The notes beneath the pieces were generated by a model that saw nothing but the letters and a program-made list of their open reading frames with translations, did not search any database and was not told the origin of the DNA. From positions 62,001 through 126,000 of IMG/VR virus record IMGVR_UViG_3300009011_000001: a DNA stretch of 64,000 nt. One strand, written 5' to 3'. Below are positions 48,507 to 58,685 of this stretch, piece by piece (positions within the stretch are counted from its first letter, which is position 1; each line of letters begins with the position of its first letter). The position numbers and the translations under genes are program-made.

Positions 48507-49673
48507 ATGCCGCTGAATTACAGAGATCAGACAGGAGATGACCCACTCCTTGAATTGATGGAAAGTGATCGTGCATTGCAGATCAGCTTTGAAAGCATGC
48601 AGCGTACGATTCAATCGGTTGATGCCATCAGTCAACTGACCAGTCTCTCCCCTGAAAGTTTCCGGACTGCGGTAGGTCCGGTGATGACTGCTCTGGCAGC
48701 AGGTGCCGATGTTGATCTGGAAAGTTTCGATTACAGCCAAGAGGCGATGAGCTCGAGCGCCGCTGGCATTCTCAAGTCGATTGGTAAGGCAATCGCCGAA
48801 TTCTTCAAAGCCGTCCTCGACTATTTGTCTAACCTCGATCTGGCAGCTGTCTGGTTGGGGCGTAAGGTTTCTCTGCTGGCTAAGACCGTGCCGACTACAG
48901 CCGGCATGCGAGCTGAGCAGAACACCATCGAGATCGGTCGTCAAGCCAAGTATCTGCGAGTGGGTGCAAAGTACATCCGCGAAGCAGGCCGACTTGAAAA
49001 TGAGCTGAAATATCTGGACAGCGCTATCAAGGCGATCTCCACGACTTACGCTCACGGTCTTCTTGATGCAGCCACCCACATGGCCGGTGCTGTACGCGGT
49101 AAGTCTGGCAGTGTCCTTGAACTGGCGCTGGTTGAAACGGTTGAAACGATTCCGTTCGACCGAGTAGCGCAAATGCTCGACATGGGCGCTGCCCCTCAAG
49201 ACCGTTTCAACCGCAGTGGCGTTCGCATGAGCAAACCACTGTTGGGCGGGCACAGCATCTTTTATCTGCAGGCTGACCTGTTGAAGAAAGGTGTGTCGGG
49301 CTTCACCTTCCACGGTCTGCTGTACGAAAACACCTTCGGCAATGAATTGAAGATCGACAGCCATGTCGAATTCGACGTTCTGCAACCGGGTCAGTTTGGC
49401 CACATCCCGGATGCGCTGAAAAACATCTTGGCCAGTTTGTCTCACGCTTCAAACCTCCCGATGCGTAGCTCCATCAGTCGGGCCAAGGCTTCTCTGAACA
49501 ACCTGACCAGCAACATGCAGGGCACAGAGCAAGACGTCAGCAATGTACGCCGTACGGTTTCTGCGCTGACTTACTGGATGGGTAATCCGTCCAGACAGTT
49601 GTACTCCAACTCCATGTCCGTAGTGAGAGCCGCGTTGGCTTACTGCGAAGGATCAATCAAGACTTTCAAATAG
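48507..49673 (+). CDS. Internal head protein paralogue
   Basis: 388 aa; SFE, SPE and SQE sites followed by an amphipathic helix. Confidence 0.8.
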   Translation: MPLNYRDQTGDDPLLELMESDRALQISFESMQRTIQSVDAISQLTSLSPESFRTAVGPVMTALAAGADVDLESFDYSQEAMSSSAAGILKSIGKAIAEFFKAVLDYLSNLDLAAVWLGRKVSLLAKTVPTTAGMRAEQNTIEIGRQAKYLRVGAKYIREAGRLENELKYLDSAIKAISTTYAHGLLDAATHMAGAVRGKSGSVLELALVETVETIPFDRVAQMLDMGAAPQDRFNRSGVRMSKPLLGGHSIFYLQADLLKKGVSGFTFHGLLYENTFGNELKIDSHVEFDVLQPGQFGHIPDALKNILASLSHASNLPMRSSISRAKASLNNLTSNMQGTEQDVSNVRRTVSALTYWMGNPSRQLYSNSMSVVRAALAYCEGSIKTFK

Positions 49674-49681
49674 GTGGCTCT

Positions 49682-50980
49682 GTGACCAGGTTTCTTAAGG
49701 ACTTCAAAAACAGTCTCAACGGTGTAAGTTTCGAATCGGCAGAAGTCCCTCTGGTGGCTGCGCCTCCTGCTCATGAAGGTCCTATCACTCAGGAAGATAT
49801 CGACAGCGTCAAAGAGCACCGTGACGAAGTGGCTGATGTCATTTCTGACGCGAAAGAAGTACATGCCGACGCTGTAGAGATCGGTGCTGTGACCAAGGCT
49901 ACCGATCAGGTGGTTGCGGCCGTCGACAACGCTGAGCACATCACCAAGGATCAGGCCGAGACCTACGTCAACCTGGCCAACCTCGGCATCGATGACGCTT
50001 CCCATCTCCTCAAGTCCGAGATCCCTCGTTTGTCTGCAACTGCAGGCAAGATCGACAGCGAGTCGATGGAAGGCGTGATGAGCTGGTTGGCCACTGCATC
50101 GAAAGGTGTGTGGAACGCTGCCGGTACTTTCTTCGAGCGCGTTGGTACGATCTTCGTTCGTCTGGACAAAACCTCCAACGGTTTCCACAACCGCATCGGG
50201 CGTATCCAGGGCAAACTGAAGAACCGCAAGGGCGATGGCGGCAAGCCACTGTCTCTGAGCAAGGGCGTTAAAGTCCTGCTGGTCGAAGGCAATGGTTACG
50301 TCAATGCCCACGATGCTGGCTCTGCACTCACCTCGTTCTCTGCCATTGCGCTGGGCATCGTTGCCGAACTTGAGAAGTATATGCTCAAGGTCGATAGCGA
50401 GGCCAAGAAAGAGCTGATGGCCGCTCTGACCAAAGACTACGATCGTGGCGAATCGATCGTGGATAGCGCTGAGTTCTCCAACAAGATTCAGTCGCTGCTG
50501 AGTTCACAAGGTCAACACCTGCTGGGTAACGTGCGGTACGAGTTCAAAGAAGCGCGTGGCCGTTCCCGCATTCTGAACTGCGAACTGGTTGAACAACAAC
50601 CGCCTGCCTCGGCGATCATCAAACACCTGGACAACCCGGTGTCTCTGACCGATGCTGAAGTTGGCCACCTGCTCGTGCAGATCGGTCAAGTGGTCTCCCA
50701 CCAGACTACCCAGCTTCAGCAGATCATCAAGTCCACCCAAAAGTCGTTCAGCCAGATCAAAGGTGTTATCCGCGATCTGACCGAAGAGAAGTTTGGTGAC
50801 GACGGTACTGAAGTTCCGCACAGTCACGGCGCTGATCAACATCGTCTGATCCGTCTCGAGAACAGTTTGGTTGATGAGCTGGGCGGTATCGCCAAAGCAA
50901 TGACCCGTCACCAGACCGACCTCATCGAGCGTATCGATGCTGCTCTGACTCTGGTTGAAGAGTCTGTGTTCCAGGATTGA
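49682..50980 (+). CDS. Internal head protein paralogue
   Basis: 432 aa; SFE and SME sites; acidic propeptide. Confidence 0.8.
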   Translation: MTRFLKDFKNSLNGVSFESAEVPLVAAPPAHEGPITQEDIDSVKEHRDEVADVISDAKEVHADAVEIGAVTKATDQVVAAVDNAEHITKDQAETYVNLANLGIDDASHLLKSEIPRLSATAGKIDSESMEGVMSWLATASKGVWNAAGTFFERVGTIFVRLDKTSNGFHNRIGRIQGKLKNRKGDGGKPLSLSKGVKVLLVEGNGYVNAHDAGSALTSFSAIALGIVAELEKYMLKVDSEAKKELMAALTKDYDRGESIVDSAEFSNKIQSLLSSQGQHLLGNVRYEFKEARGRSRILNCELVEQQPPASAIIKHLDNPVSLTDAEVGHLLVQIGQVVSHQTTQLQQIIKSTQKSFSQIKGVIRDLTEEKFGDDGTEVPHSHGADQHRLIRLENSLVDELGGIAKAMTRHQTDLIERIDAALTLVEESVFQD

Positions 50981-50988
50981 TCAACTGA

Positions 50989-51025
50989 CCATAGAGGGAG
51001 GGGTCAGCGACCCTTCCCTCTATGA
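50989..51025 (+). terminator. CATA-hairpin-TATG element
   Basis: catagagggaggggtc-agc-gacccttccctctatg. Confidence 0.8.
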
Positions 51026-51040
51026 CGTATGGGAGTTAAC

Positions 51041-52723
51041 ATGCCGCGCATTACGACAAACCTAGCGGTAAATTATCAGAACATCCAGCTGCCCGTTGCA
51101 ACGCAAATTGCACGGGATGTGATGCGGGTGTGCGATATTGATCCAAACACTCCGTTGTACATGAAAGACGAATTTGATAGCGTGAAGCAACCAGGCGGCA
51201 ACCCAAATGCCGATAGCGTGGTCAAGTTCAACAGCGACTCTCAAATTGTCGTTGTGGCTCGCGATACCTTGCAGAATGATTCGATCACGAACCAGACTGT
51301 GCGCACCAATGACCAACCTCCGTATCTGGAAGACCGCAAACTCGGTTTCAGCATTCGTCCAGTGATGCTGGTGTCCAACCTTCAGCTGACGTTTACTTAC
51401 CGTGCAGCGAGCCGTCAGGAGGCCATGGCATGGCGAGACGAGCAGGCTATCCGCAAGGCTGAGTATCGTCAGGCGATGCACCACGAAATCAATTACAAAG
51501 TGCCTATCCACGATAGCGTGCTGGGTCTCGTTGCGCACATCCACGAGTTGCGTGAAAAGATCGCGGGCTATGGCGACACGTTCCCGGAATACTTCAAATC
51601 GATCTCCTGTGTCGAGACGTCGTCCGATGGCACCTACGATGGCGACATCGAGAAGACCACGATTACCGTACCTCACAGACAGGATGAGATCACGGGTTGG
51701 TTTGACTTCGATGAAATCCCTCAAGAGACCAAGAAGGATCAGTCGACTACGTGGGAAATCGAATTCACGTACAACATCCGCTATAAGCGTTGCACCCACT
51801 TGTATCTGGCGTACCCGCTGATGGTTCACCAGACGCTGATCAACAGCCAGCACTTTTCCAAGGAACGCAAGTACGATCTTGACGACTTGGAGATGTATGG
51901 CGGCATTGGTATTGCTGCTTTGCACCAAGTGCTGAAGAGAACACAGCTACCGCCGCTTGAGGCGTCGTGTGGGATGCGTTTCCCTCATTGGGATGAATGG
52001 ATGCCGGGTTACCGCACACAGCCTGCATGGACGATCCCAGCAGCGACGTGGATGATTGGCCTCGATCCGAAAGATCCTCAGGACATCATCAATCTCGATC
52101 AGATCCCCGATGTTCGCTTCACGCTGGAGATGCTCCAGTATTTGAAGGACAGCCACAAGACGCTGAACGTTCGTGGTGGGGCCAGTGTGTTGTTTACGCT
52201 GTACGCTGATTCGGTTCCGATGGCTGAGAAGATTCTGACCATTGATGAAAACCTGAATGTCAGGGCAACCGTACCTCTCGACCTGCGCAAGCAATATCAC
52301 CTTCGGATGAACTTCCCGACGTTCTACGGGGACTTCACCGAAGAGGCACTGATCGGTATTTCCGACCACCCTATTGCGACTCTCCAGATCTTCCAATCGA
52401 TCCTCTACAAGCTGAACGTGGAGGAGGCCCTCAGGCTTTACGTTGACGATGGATGGATGGATCGCGAATACGTGAAGTGGTTCTACGGTTGGTTGTTCGA
52501 TCACGGGATTGGTGGAGGTGTTAGTCCTGGAAACAATGGGACTGGTAGCTCAGGAGGAAACGGTGGCAGCGGCGTCGATAACGGCCGGCCTGGCGGTGGT
52601 GGCACCAATGGTCCTGGCGGTACAGGATCAGGTGGAGGTGGCGGGACCTACTTGTGGGTAGGCGGTCGCTGGGTGCAATGGCTCACTGTCATGGTTAAAC
52701 GAAAAGCAAGAGAAGGTAACTGA
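51041..52723 (+). CDS. Virion structural protein (gp98-like) with Gly-rich C-terminal insert
   Basis: About 560 aa; GGAG RBS before ATG 51041; synteny. Confidence 0.75.
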   Translation: MPRITTNLAVNYQNIQLPVATQIARDVMRVCDIDPNTPLYMKDEFDSVKQPGGNPNADSVVKFNSDSQIVVVARDTLQNDSITNQTVRTNDQPPYLEDRKLGFSIRPVMLVSNLQLTFTYRAASRQEAMAWRDEQAIRKAEYRQAMHHEINYKVPIHDSVLGLVAHIHELREKIAGYGDTFPEYFKSISCVETSSDGTYDGDIEKTTITVPHRQDEITGWFDFDEIPQETKKDQSTTWEIEFTYNIRYKRCTHLYLAYPLMVHQTLINSQHFSKERKYDLDDLEMYGGIGIAALHQVLKRTQLPPLEASCGMRFPHWDEWMPGYRTQPAWTIPAATWMIGLDPKDPQDIINLDQIPDVRFTLEMLQYLKDSHKTLNVRGGASVLFTLYADSVPMAEKILTIDENLNVRATVPLDLRKQYHLRMNFPTFYGDFTEEALIGISDHPIATLQIFQSILYKLNVEEALRLYVDDGWMDREYVKWFYGWLFDHGIGGGVSPGNNGTGSSGGNGGSGVDNGRPGGGGTNGPGGTGSGGGGGTYLWVGGRWVQWLTVMVKRKAREGN

Positions 52724-52725
52724 TT

Positions 52726-54096
52726 ATGCCATTCGTTGAGATTGAAGAAGATAAGCCAGTAGAGCAGCCGAGTCTGCTGGTTAGCAAGGAGCCTTTCAAA
52801 GGCCCTGTCGTCGACACCAAGAAAACTCAGTACAGCACGCTGTCGACCTTCTATCAGGGTCAGAAGTGGGCTGTCGATTACTACCGTCAGGTGAACGGCC
52901 GTGATTCCACGGTTGCCTCGTTCAGCAAAGATACGCCAGTCACCTACGGCACCTATCGTTTGGTTCGTGGTTTCGAACTGGTGGTTGAATCGGCTATCCA
53001 GAACGACCAGAACTCGGGGGAGGCAAACGGCTTCGACTCGACCGGTAGCGGCATTGTTTATCACTGCATCGTTCCTCAGAACGGTGACCTGTTCATTGCC
53101 GACTTCGGTAACGGACGTAACGTGCTGTTTGCGATCTACAATCCAAAGAAGCTTGGCGTGTATGAGGAATCCCCTCACCGCGTTGAGTGGAAGGCTGTGG
53201 AGTTTGTTGACGATGCGTTGTTCGCTCGTCTTGAAAGCTCTCTTCAGGACACGCTGTACTTCGATCGTGAGAACTTCCGCAACAACCTGAAGTGTCTGCT
53301 GAACAAAGAAGAAGTTGACAGCATCCGTCGTTTGAATAACGCGTGGCGTCGTCTGATCAACCTGTACTTCAAGGACTTCTTCAGCGATCAGTTCTCGACG
53401 TTCCAGGTGCCGGGTCAGTACGTGGACGGGGTGCTGGTACCGACTTACGATCCAAACCTTGTCAAGTACATCCGAAAGACGATCAGTTCGGAACATCATC
53501 GCGATGTTCACAAGGTCATCGAGCTGGATTGCAGTGCCGATCCTTCCGCTGACCAGCTGTCTTTGTTCGACATGATGGCTAAGCGTGATTGGGAACTTCT
53601 GTACAGCTGTTCCCATCATTTCAACGCACAGTCTGTCGACTGCTACAAGTCGTATCCGAAACTGCATTCGGTTTACTTCTCTGGCATGCGCCGGGTGGTA
53701 TCGGCTCGGGATATCAGCTTCACGGTTAACCACCCTCGAGGTGTTATGCCGGGTTCTGTTCTCGAGATCATGAAAGCAGGACCGGAACGTCCAGAGATGC
53801 GTTCGATCCTCCCCCAGTTGACTAAGGGCGGAACCGAACCAGCGCCGTCTTACGGTCGATTCATCAAGCGCGTTCTCTGCGATGACTATTACGTCTTCTC
53901 GAAAGAGTTCTACACCGGCGATGGGGAAGTATCGATGTTGGAGCGCATGGTCCAACTTCGTATGCAAGGTAAGGCTATCGATCTTGTTGATCTGGCTGAA
54001 CTTGCAGATTACGCTCCACGGTTCGATAACCTTGAGCGTTTCTACTACATCCCAATCATTCTGACATTGATCAAATTGGCACCAGGGGTTTTGTAA
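52726..54096 (+). CDS. Virion structural protein (gp99-like)
   Basis: 456 aa; GQKWAVDYY, PQNGDLFIAD and ERFYYIPI segments; synteny. Confidence 0.75.
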   Translation: MPFVEIEEDKPVEQPSLLVSKEPFKGPVVDTKKTQYSTLSTFYQGQKWAVDYYRQVNGRDSTVASFSKDTPVTYGTYRLVRGFELVVESAIQNDQNSGEANGFDSTGSGIVYHCIVPQNGDLFIADFGNGRNVLFAIYNPKKLGVYEESPHRVEWKAVEFVDDALFARLESSLQDTLYFDRENFRNNLKCLLNKEEVDSIRRLNNAWRRLINLYFKDFFSDQFSTFQVPGQYVDGVLVPTYDPNLVKYIRKTISSEHHRDVHKVIELDCSADPSADQLSLFDMMAKRDWELLYSCSHHFNAQSVDCYKSYPKLHSVYFSGMRRVVSARDISFTVNHPRGVMPGSVLEIMKAGPERPEMRSILPQLTKGGTEPAPSYGRFIKRVLCDDYYVFSKEFYTGDGEVSMLERMVQLRMQGKAIDLVDLAELADYAPRFDNLERFYYIPIILTLIKLAPGVL

Positions 54097-54097
54097 C

Positions 54098-54718
54098 ATG
54101 AGGCCAGGCTCACTTGAAAGCATGGGGTTCGGATTTAAACGCCGGACCGATGGTGACGTACCGAAGACAACTGCGTACTACATCTTCGATCGTGCCGAGA
54201 AACACATGTACCAGTTGGATGCTGCACACTTCCGCGCCATGAACGGCCGGATGGGCGATTCCGTCATTGGTGCGCAGTCTGCTGCTGATGTTGAAGCGGC
54301 TGCTGTGGAAATGATTTCCACTGGCGGCACTATTTGGGATATCACTACCCAGTACATCGAAGGCGGGTCCATCACTTTCAGTGAGCCACTCGTGGCGGTT
54401 CGGATCTACAAGCACATCTTGAAGCACTTGGAAGGTCACTTGCGAGAGATGCGTTCGAACATCAGTTACGATGCGCCTGATCTGGAAGACTTCCGTCAGT
54501 TGGCCGAGTTTGCCACAGCGATCCGTGCGTTTGCCATGATGCACGATCCTGAACTGGATAAAACGGCAAGCACGCCTGCATTGGGTGGTTTCATGGATGC
54601 TCGTCCGGTCTTCCGTGCAGCGGCACCTTCATCTGCTCCGAAGAAACCTCAAATCGCGAAGTCCGTAAGAACACTCGATGCTATCGAGCGGTTCATGGAG
54701 ATCTGCAATGGCAGTTGA
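54098..54718 (+). CDS. Conserved protein (gp100-like)
   Basis: 206 aa in operon. Confidence 0.7.
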   Translation: MRPGSLESMGFGFKRRTDGDVPKTTAYYIFDRAEKHMYQLDAAHFRAMNGRMGDSVIGAQSAADVEAAAVEMISTGGTIWDITTQYIEGGSITFSEPLVAVRIYKHILKHLEGHLREMRSNISYDAPDLEDFRQLAEFATAIRAFAMMHDPELDKTASTPALGGFMDARPVFRAAAPSSAPKKPQIAKSVRTLDAIERFMEICNGS

Positions 54719-56117
54719 GTTACAGAGTTCGGCATTGATGCAGGATGTAGCGCCAATCCTCGCATCTCCCGGCAGTCCGTACTTCATCATCACGGCAGTC
54801 ATTCATTCTGGGGGCAAAGATATCCAGCCTCTACAGATCCCACGTCACGACATCGGTCGGGATTATCGTTCTGGTTATTTGGACGATAGCTCGATCGTGC
54901 TGACGCTGGGTGCCGGTACGGTGATGAACGACATCGCCCCTTTTGCCGACGATCTTCGAATCACCATCAGCAAGGCACCTGCTACAGACGAAGGCATGTT
55001 GATCACGTCTGCCCCTGTGCAGGTGCGGACTTACAAGGCCTACTTAGGTGATGATGTTTCGAGCAGTGTTGAGTCTGGCTCTAATCCAGCCATGCAAGAC
55101 ACCGAGACGGCCAACACCTTCTCTGTTCAACACACCCAGTTCGTTCTGGAAGAAGTAGCGATCCAACAGATCCGCAGTCAGCGGGTTGGTTTCATTGCTC
55201 GCGCCTGTCCTCCGTGGCGTGTGTTGGAAGCATTCATCTCCAGAGCGATTAAGGCTTTGAAGTTGGGTGTCGATGAGACGATTAACCGGTTCGACATTGT
55301 TGATGCCAACAATAACAACAGTCGCGACCATGTGATCATTCCTGACGGCACCCCTCTTCTTGATCTGGCTGACCATCTGCAGAACAAGCAAGGCGGGATC
55401 TATTCGACTGGTCTGGGTTTCTATATCCAGGGCGACACTGCGTACACATGGCCGATGTACGACCTGTCTCGCAGACAGACTGCCAAAAAGACGATGACCG
55501 TTATCTTGGCACCTAACCGTCAGTCGATGATGATCGATAAGACATGGATGGTCAAAGGCAGACAGCTGACTATTCTGTCGGCAGGTATCAGCAAGATCAT
55601 TGATGAAAGTGGCGACAAACTCAACACCGAAGGAAATGGTGTGAGATTCATGGATGCAAGCAAGGTTCTGGGCAACAACGGGACGGTTAAGGATAACAAG
55701 TACACCATGAACCGCAGCACGAACGTCAATGAGTTTGTGACTACCGTCGTTGGCAACGGTCAGAACACGGCCGGTGTGTCTAGCCCAACCAGCAACGTCT
55801 ATCTGGAGTCGAGCAAGTTGGCTCGTCGTGCAGTAGCGTTCTTGGCGGTCCCATGGATTCGGAGCAATCCTGAGTCTGTGTTTCCAGGCATGCCTACCGA
55901 ACTGATCTACGAGTACGACAACAACGTGCAGACCATCAACGGAGTGCTGGTCGAGGCGTACCACAGCTACGAGCTGGATGGTCGCGGCATGATCGCTAAA
56001 CGCCACAGGGCGAAGTCTTCGTTGCTGATCGCCATCGATCGTAACGATCCAGCCTACGTCAAGTACTTGCAGAACGGCGGTACTGTTTCTCCAGCGCCAG
56101 AAATGGGGACTATTTAA
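54708..56117 (+). CDS. Virion tail/baseplate protein (gp101-like)
   Basis: 469 aa from MAVELQ with GGAG RBS; GIYSTGLGFY and PGMP segments. Confidence 0.75.
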   Translation: MAVELQSSALMQDVAPILASPGSPYFIITAVIHSGGKDIQPLQIPRHDIGRDYRSGYLDDSSIVLTLGAGTVMNDIAPFADDLRITISKAPATDEGMLITSAPVQVRTYKAYLGDDVSSSVESGSNPAMQDTETANTFSVQHTQFVLEEVAIQQIRSQRVGFIARACPPWRVLEAFISRAIKALKLGVDETINRFDIVDANNNNSRDHVIIPDGTPLLDLADHLQNKQGGIYSTGLGFYIQGDTAYTWPMYDLSRRQTAKKTMTVILAPNRQSMMIDKTWMVKGRQLTILSAGISKIIDESGDKLNTEGNGVRFMDASKVLGNNGTVKDNKYTMNRSTNVNEFVTTVVGNGQNTAGVSSPTSNVYLESSKLARRAVAFLAVPWIRSNPESVFPGMPTELIYEYDNNVQTINGVLVEAYHSYELDGRGMIAKRHRAKSSLLIAIDRNDPAYVKYLQNGGTVSPAPEMGTI

Positions 56118-56131
56118 ATAAAATAGGGTCA

Positions 56132-56146
56132 CACATTACGTCCTTG
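56132..56146 (+). promoter_or_regulatory. Putative early promoter CACATTAC-N5-TG
   Basis: Variant of the motif at 6604, 16870 and 21898. Confidence 0.55.
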
Positions 56147-56221
56147 CTAACCAGCCCAATAACCTGTTCAGTAATATTTAAGGGAACAGCCTAATGATGT
56201 TGAAGATGAAAGGACCTGAAT

Positions 56222-56875
56222 GTGAACACAGCCCTATCCCCGAATACCCTTCCGGTTAAGGCCGGATCGCTGATCAACCTAATTGTGCACGGTGCCGAAG
56301 GCGGTTTGCGTCGGCGCCAGTTCCTCGTGCTCAAAGAGTTTGACCATCAGCAGATGCTTAGCAACATTCGTAATCAAGGCATCGTCAAGTCAGAGGAGGT
56401 ACTTATAAAGCTCTCTGAGCTGCTTCTGGAGCGTTCTATCGTCAAACCCGTTGAATCGTATACGTTGGACATTGGTGACCTAGGACGGCCTTCTACGGCC
56501 CTTCAGAGTTACTACAAGCATTCCCTGAATGCCGACTCGTCTACGCTGCGGGACATGATCGAATACGTCGACAAGAGCTATTACGCTTTCAAGTCTGACG
56601 AAGGGGACCTACACGTCCTCAAAGTGCAGAATGGGGAAACCATCGCACATGTACAAGTGATCTTGCAATTCCCGAACGAGCTGGCATCTTACACGATGCT
56701 GGACTTGACCGGACCACCTGATGCTGACTACCCAGCAAGCCTCGACAAAGAAATAGAGTCTGTCATCACAGAAGACCTAATGTCGAAATGGCCGAACGCT
56801 GAGGTAGTAGTGACGGTGAGAATTCGCAAGTCAGAACTTGCTATTGCCAAAGAAGCACTTCTCACACGTCAATAA
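56222..56875 (+). CDS. Hypothetical protein
   Basis: 217 aa; GTG start with AAGGA RBS. Confidence 0.7.
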   Translation: MNTALSPNTLPVKAGSLINLIVHGAEGGLRRRQFLVLKEFDHQQMLSNIRNQGIVKSEEVLIKLSELLLERSIVKPVESYTLDIGDLGRPSTALQSYYKHSLNADSSTLRDMIEYVDKSYYAFKSDEGDLHVLKVQNGETIAHVQVILQFPNELASYTMLDLTGPPDADYPASLDKEIESVITEDLMSKWPNAEVVVTVRIRKSELAIAKEALLTRQ

Positions 56876-56926
56876 CTAACCGGGGAATTATACTGGAATG
56901 GATTTTGATCTTAGAAAGGTGCTGAC

Positions 56927-57379
56927 ATGCATTACAGAGATAAACAAGATGTAATTACAACGCTTGCAATTTGCGCCCTGTTGACCCAGGATTCAGCGGC
57001 TGTTCAAAGCTGCGCACAACAATTAATGGAGGACAGCAATCCAGCGCTGCAAAAATCTGTACTGACCCCTCTCACTAACGCAGAGGCGGCTTTGGAAATC
57101 GTGTTAGACACTTACGCGTTTCCGACCAAGGAGATTTGGCTTGGCTTTGTTTGGCGAAACAATTTCGAGTACGAGATAATCGCCCACCATCACGATAATT
57201 TCAACTATGATGTCAAAGACGTTGTCACAGCCGTCGCCGACACCTTCGTTGACTGGGGAGTTACCGAAGGGCGGCTTAAGATGCGCGTGCTGCACCCAAC
57301 TGATGGGACTTACAGATATCGCTATGCTGATCTCGCACAGCAAGCGAATTATGTATTTGAAACAGCGAAAGCAGCCTAA
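56927..57379 (+). CDS. Hypothetical protein
   Basis: 150 aa; AAGG RBS; ends at a terminator. Confidence 0.7.
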   Translation: MHYRDKQDVITTLAICALLTQDSAAVQSCAQQLMEDSNPALQKSVLTPLTNAEAALEIVLDTYAFPTKEIWLGFVWRNNFEYEIIAHHHDNFNYDVKDVVTAVADTFVDWGVTEGRLKMRVLHPTDGTYRYRYADLAQQANYVFETAKAA

Positions 57380-57382
57380 CAT

Positions 57383-57436
57383 GGCATACACCGGCTCCCA
57401 TCAGGGAGCCGGTGTATGTTGCTTTCTTTTTTTTTT
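57383..57436. terminator. Bidirectional CATA-hairpin-TATG element
   Basis: catacaccggctccc-atca-gggagccggtgtatg followed by a T-tract. Confidence 0.85.
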
Positions 57437-58685
57437 ACTTGGCAGCGGCCTTGAACGTCTTCAGAGAAGCGTCGCAATGCTGAGCGGCTTTGGAGCAGGC
57501 GCCAGACAGCAGGGGCAGCACTTTGCGTGGACCGGTCATGACGTCACTCATCAGAGCGCTGGCCAGCTTCACAACGTTACCGTTGATTGGCTTCTCGCCA
57601 CCTTTGATCGCCGTTTCCATTTTCTTCTTGGTCGCGTCGATCTCAGCTTTGCCTGCCTGGAAGCGTTTCATTTCCTTGTCGATATCGTCGGCAATGGATT
57701 TGATCTCATCGGCCGTTTCGTTGATCTCGCTCAGGGTGAGTACTTTGGCTTCGAGATCGCGAGCAGGTTTGGACGTGATCTTGATTTCAAAGCGGTCGAG
57801 ATGTTCGGCATTGCGCTGAACCAGTACGACGTAACCACCGCGCCAGTCGCCGTTGTATTTCGCCAGAGCTGGAGACAACAGAGACTTGAGCGATTCGTTC
57901 AGACTATGCAGATCGTCGTGGGAACTCTGATCCATACTGGCGAAGTTGCCTTCGGCCATTTCAGTCACGGAGTTCAGGTAGTTGGTGTACCATTCCTTGG
58001 TAAAGCCCAAGGACTTGGTAGCCATGTCCTTCAGCGCCTGAACTGGACCGGTCATGATGTGCTGAGCGCCACCGCCGATGTGGGAAGCCAGATAGCTGAC
58101 CCATGGACCGGTGAGTGGTTTGTCGGCTTTCGATTCCAGATGATCAGCCTGAGCCTTGGTAACACGAGCCTTCAGGTTCTCTGCGGTCTTGCGCATGGCG
58201 CCAGTGGAACGACCGAGGAATGCGGTGAAGTTCTGGATGTTGTCCCAGAGCTTGGTCAGCATTTCCAGGAACGAAGCCCACAGACGTTTGATCACGCCTT
58301 CAGACTTGCCCTTGGTTTCGTTGCGGTTTTCTTCGTTGGTCTGGGTTTTACCAGCAGCCTCGAAAGAAGCGCAGAACACTTCGGCAGGAACCGCCACGCC
58401 GCAGGTCTTCAGAATGGAGCGCATCCCGATTTCGTACTGGTGCGCCATCCGTGGGTTCCAGTTCTCGGTGCTCACTTGCTCCAGGAACCGGGTGGTGTAG
58501 CTTTCGACGGAGGCGGCGGCATTGCCGAGTTCTTCGACGTTGCGGCTGATTTCGTTGACCTGGTCGGAGGCTTCAACGATAGCGGTGGTAGAAGCAACGA
58601 TGTCGTCCATCACTACTTCGGTAGGGCTGTCTTCCAGGATCGCATCGGCTGCTGCGACCTCGAGCGGGTTTGGATGAACGATCAT
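57435..58685 (-). CDS. Internal head protein paralogue
   Basis: 416 aa; SVE, STE and SFE sites; GVIKRLW helix after the propeptide. Confidence 0.8.
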   Translation of the reverse strand: MIVHPNPLEVAAADAILEDSPTEVVMDDIVASTTAIVEASDQVNEISRNVEELGNAAASVESYTTRFLEQVSTENWNPRMAHQYEIGMRSILKTCGVAVPAEVFCASFEAAGKTQTNEENRNETKGKSEGVIKRLWASFLEMLTKLWDNIQNFTAFLGRSTGAMRKTAENLKARVTKAQADHLESKADKPLTGPWVSYLASHIGGGAQHIMTGPVQALKDMATKSLGFTKEWYTNYLNSVTEMAEGNFASMDQSSHDDLHSLNESLKSLLSPALAKYNGDWRGGYVVLVQRNAEHLDRFEIKITSKPARDLEAKVLTLSEINETADEIKSIADDIDKEMKRFQAGKAEIDATKKKMETAIKGGEKPINGNVVKLASALMSDVMTGPRKVLPLLSGACSKAAQHCDASLKTFKAAAK

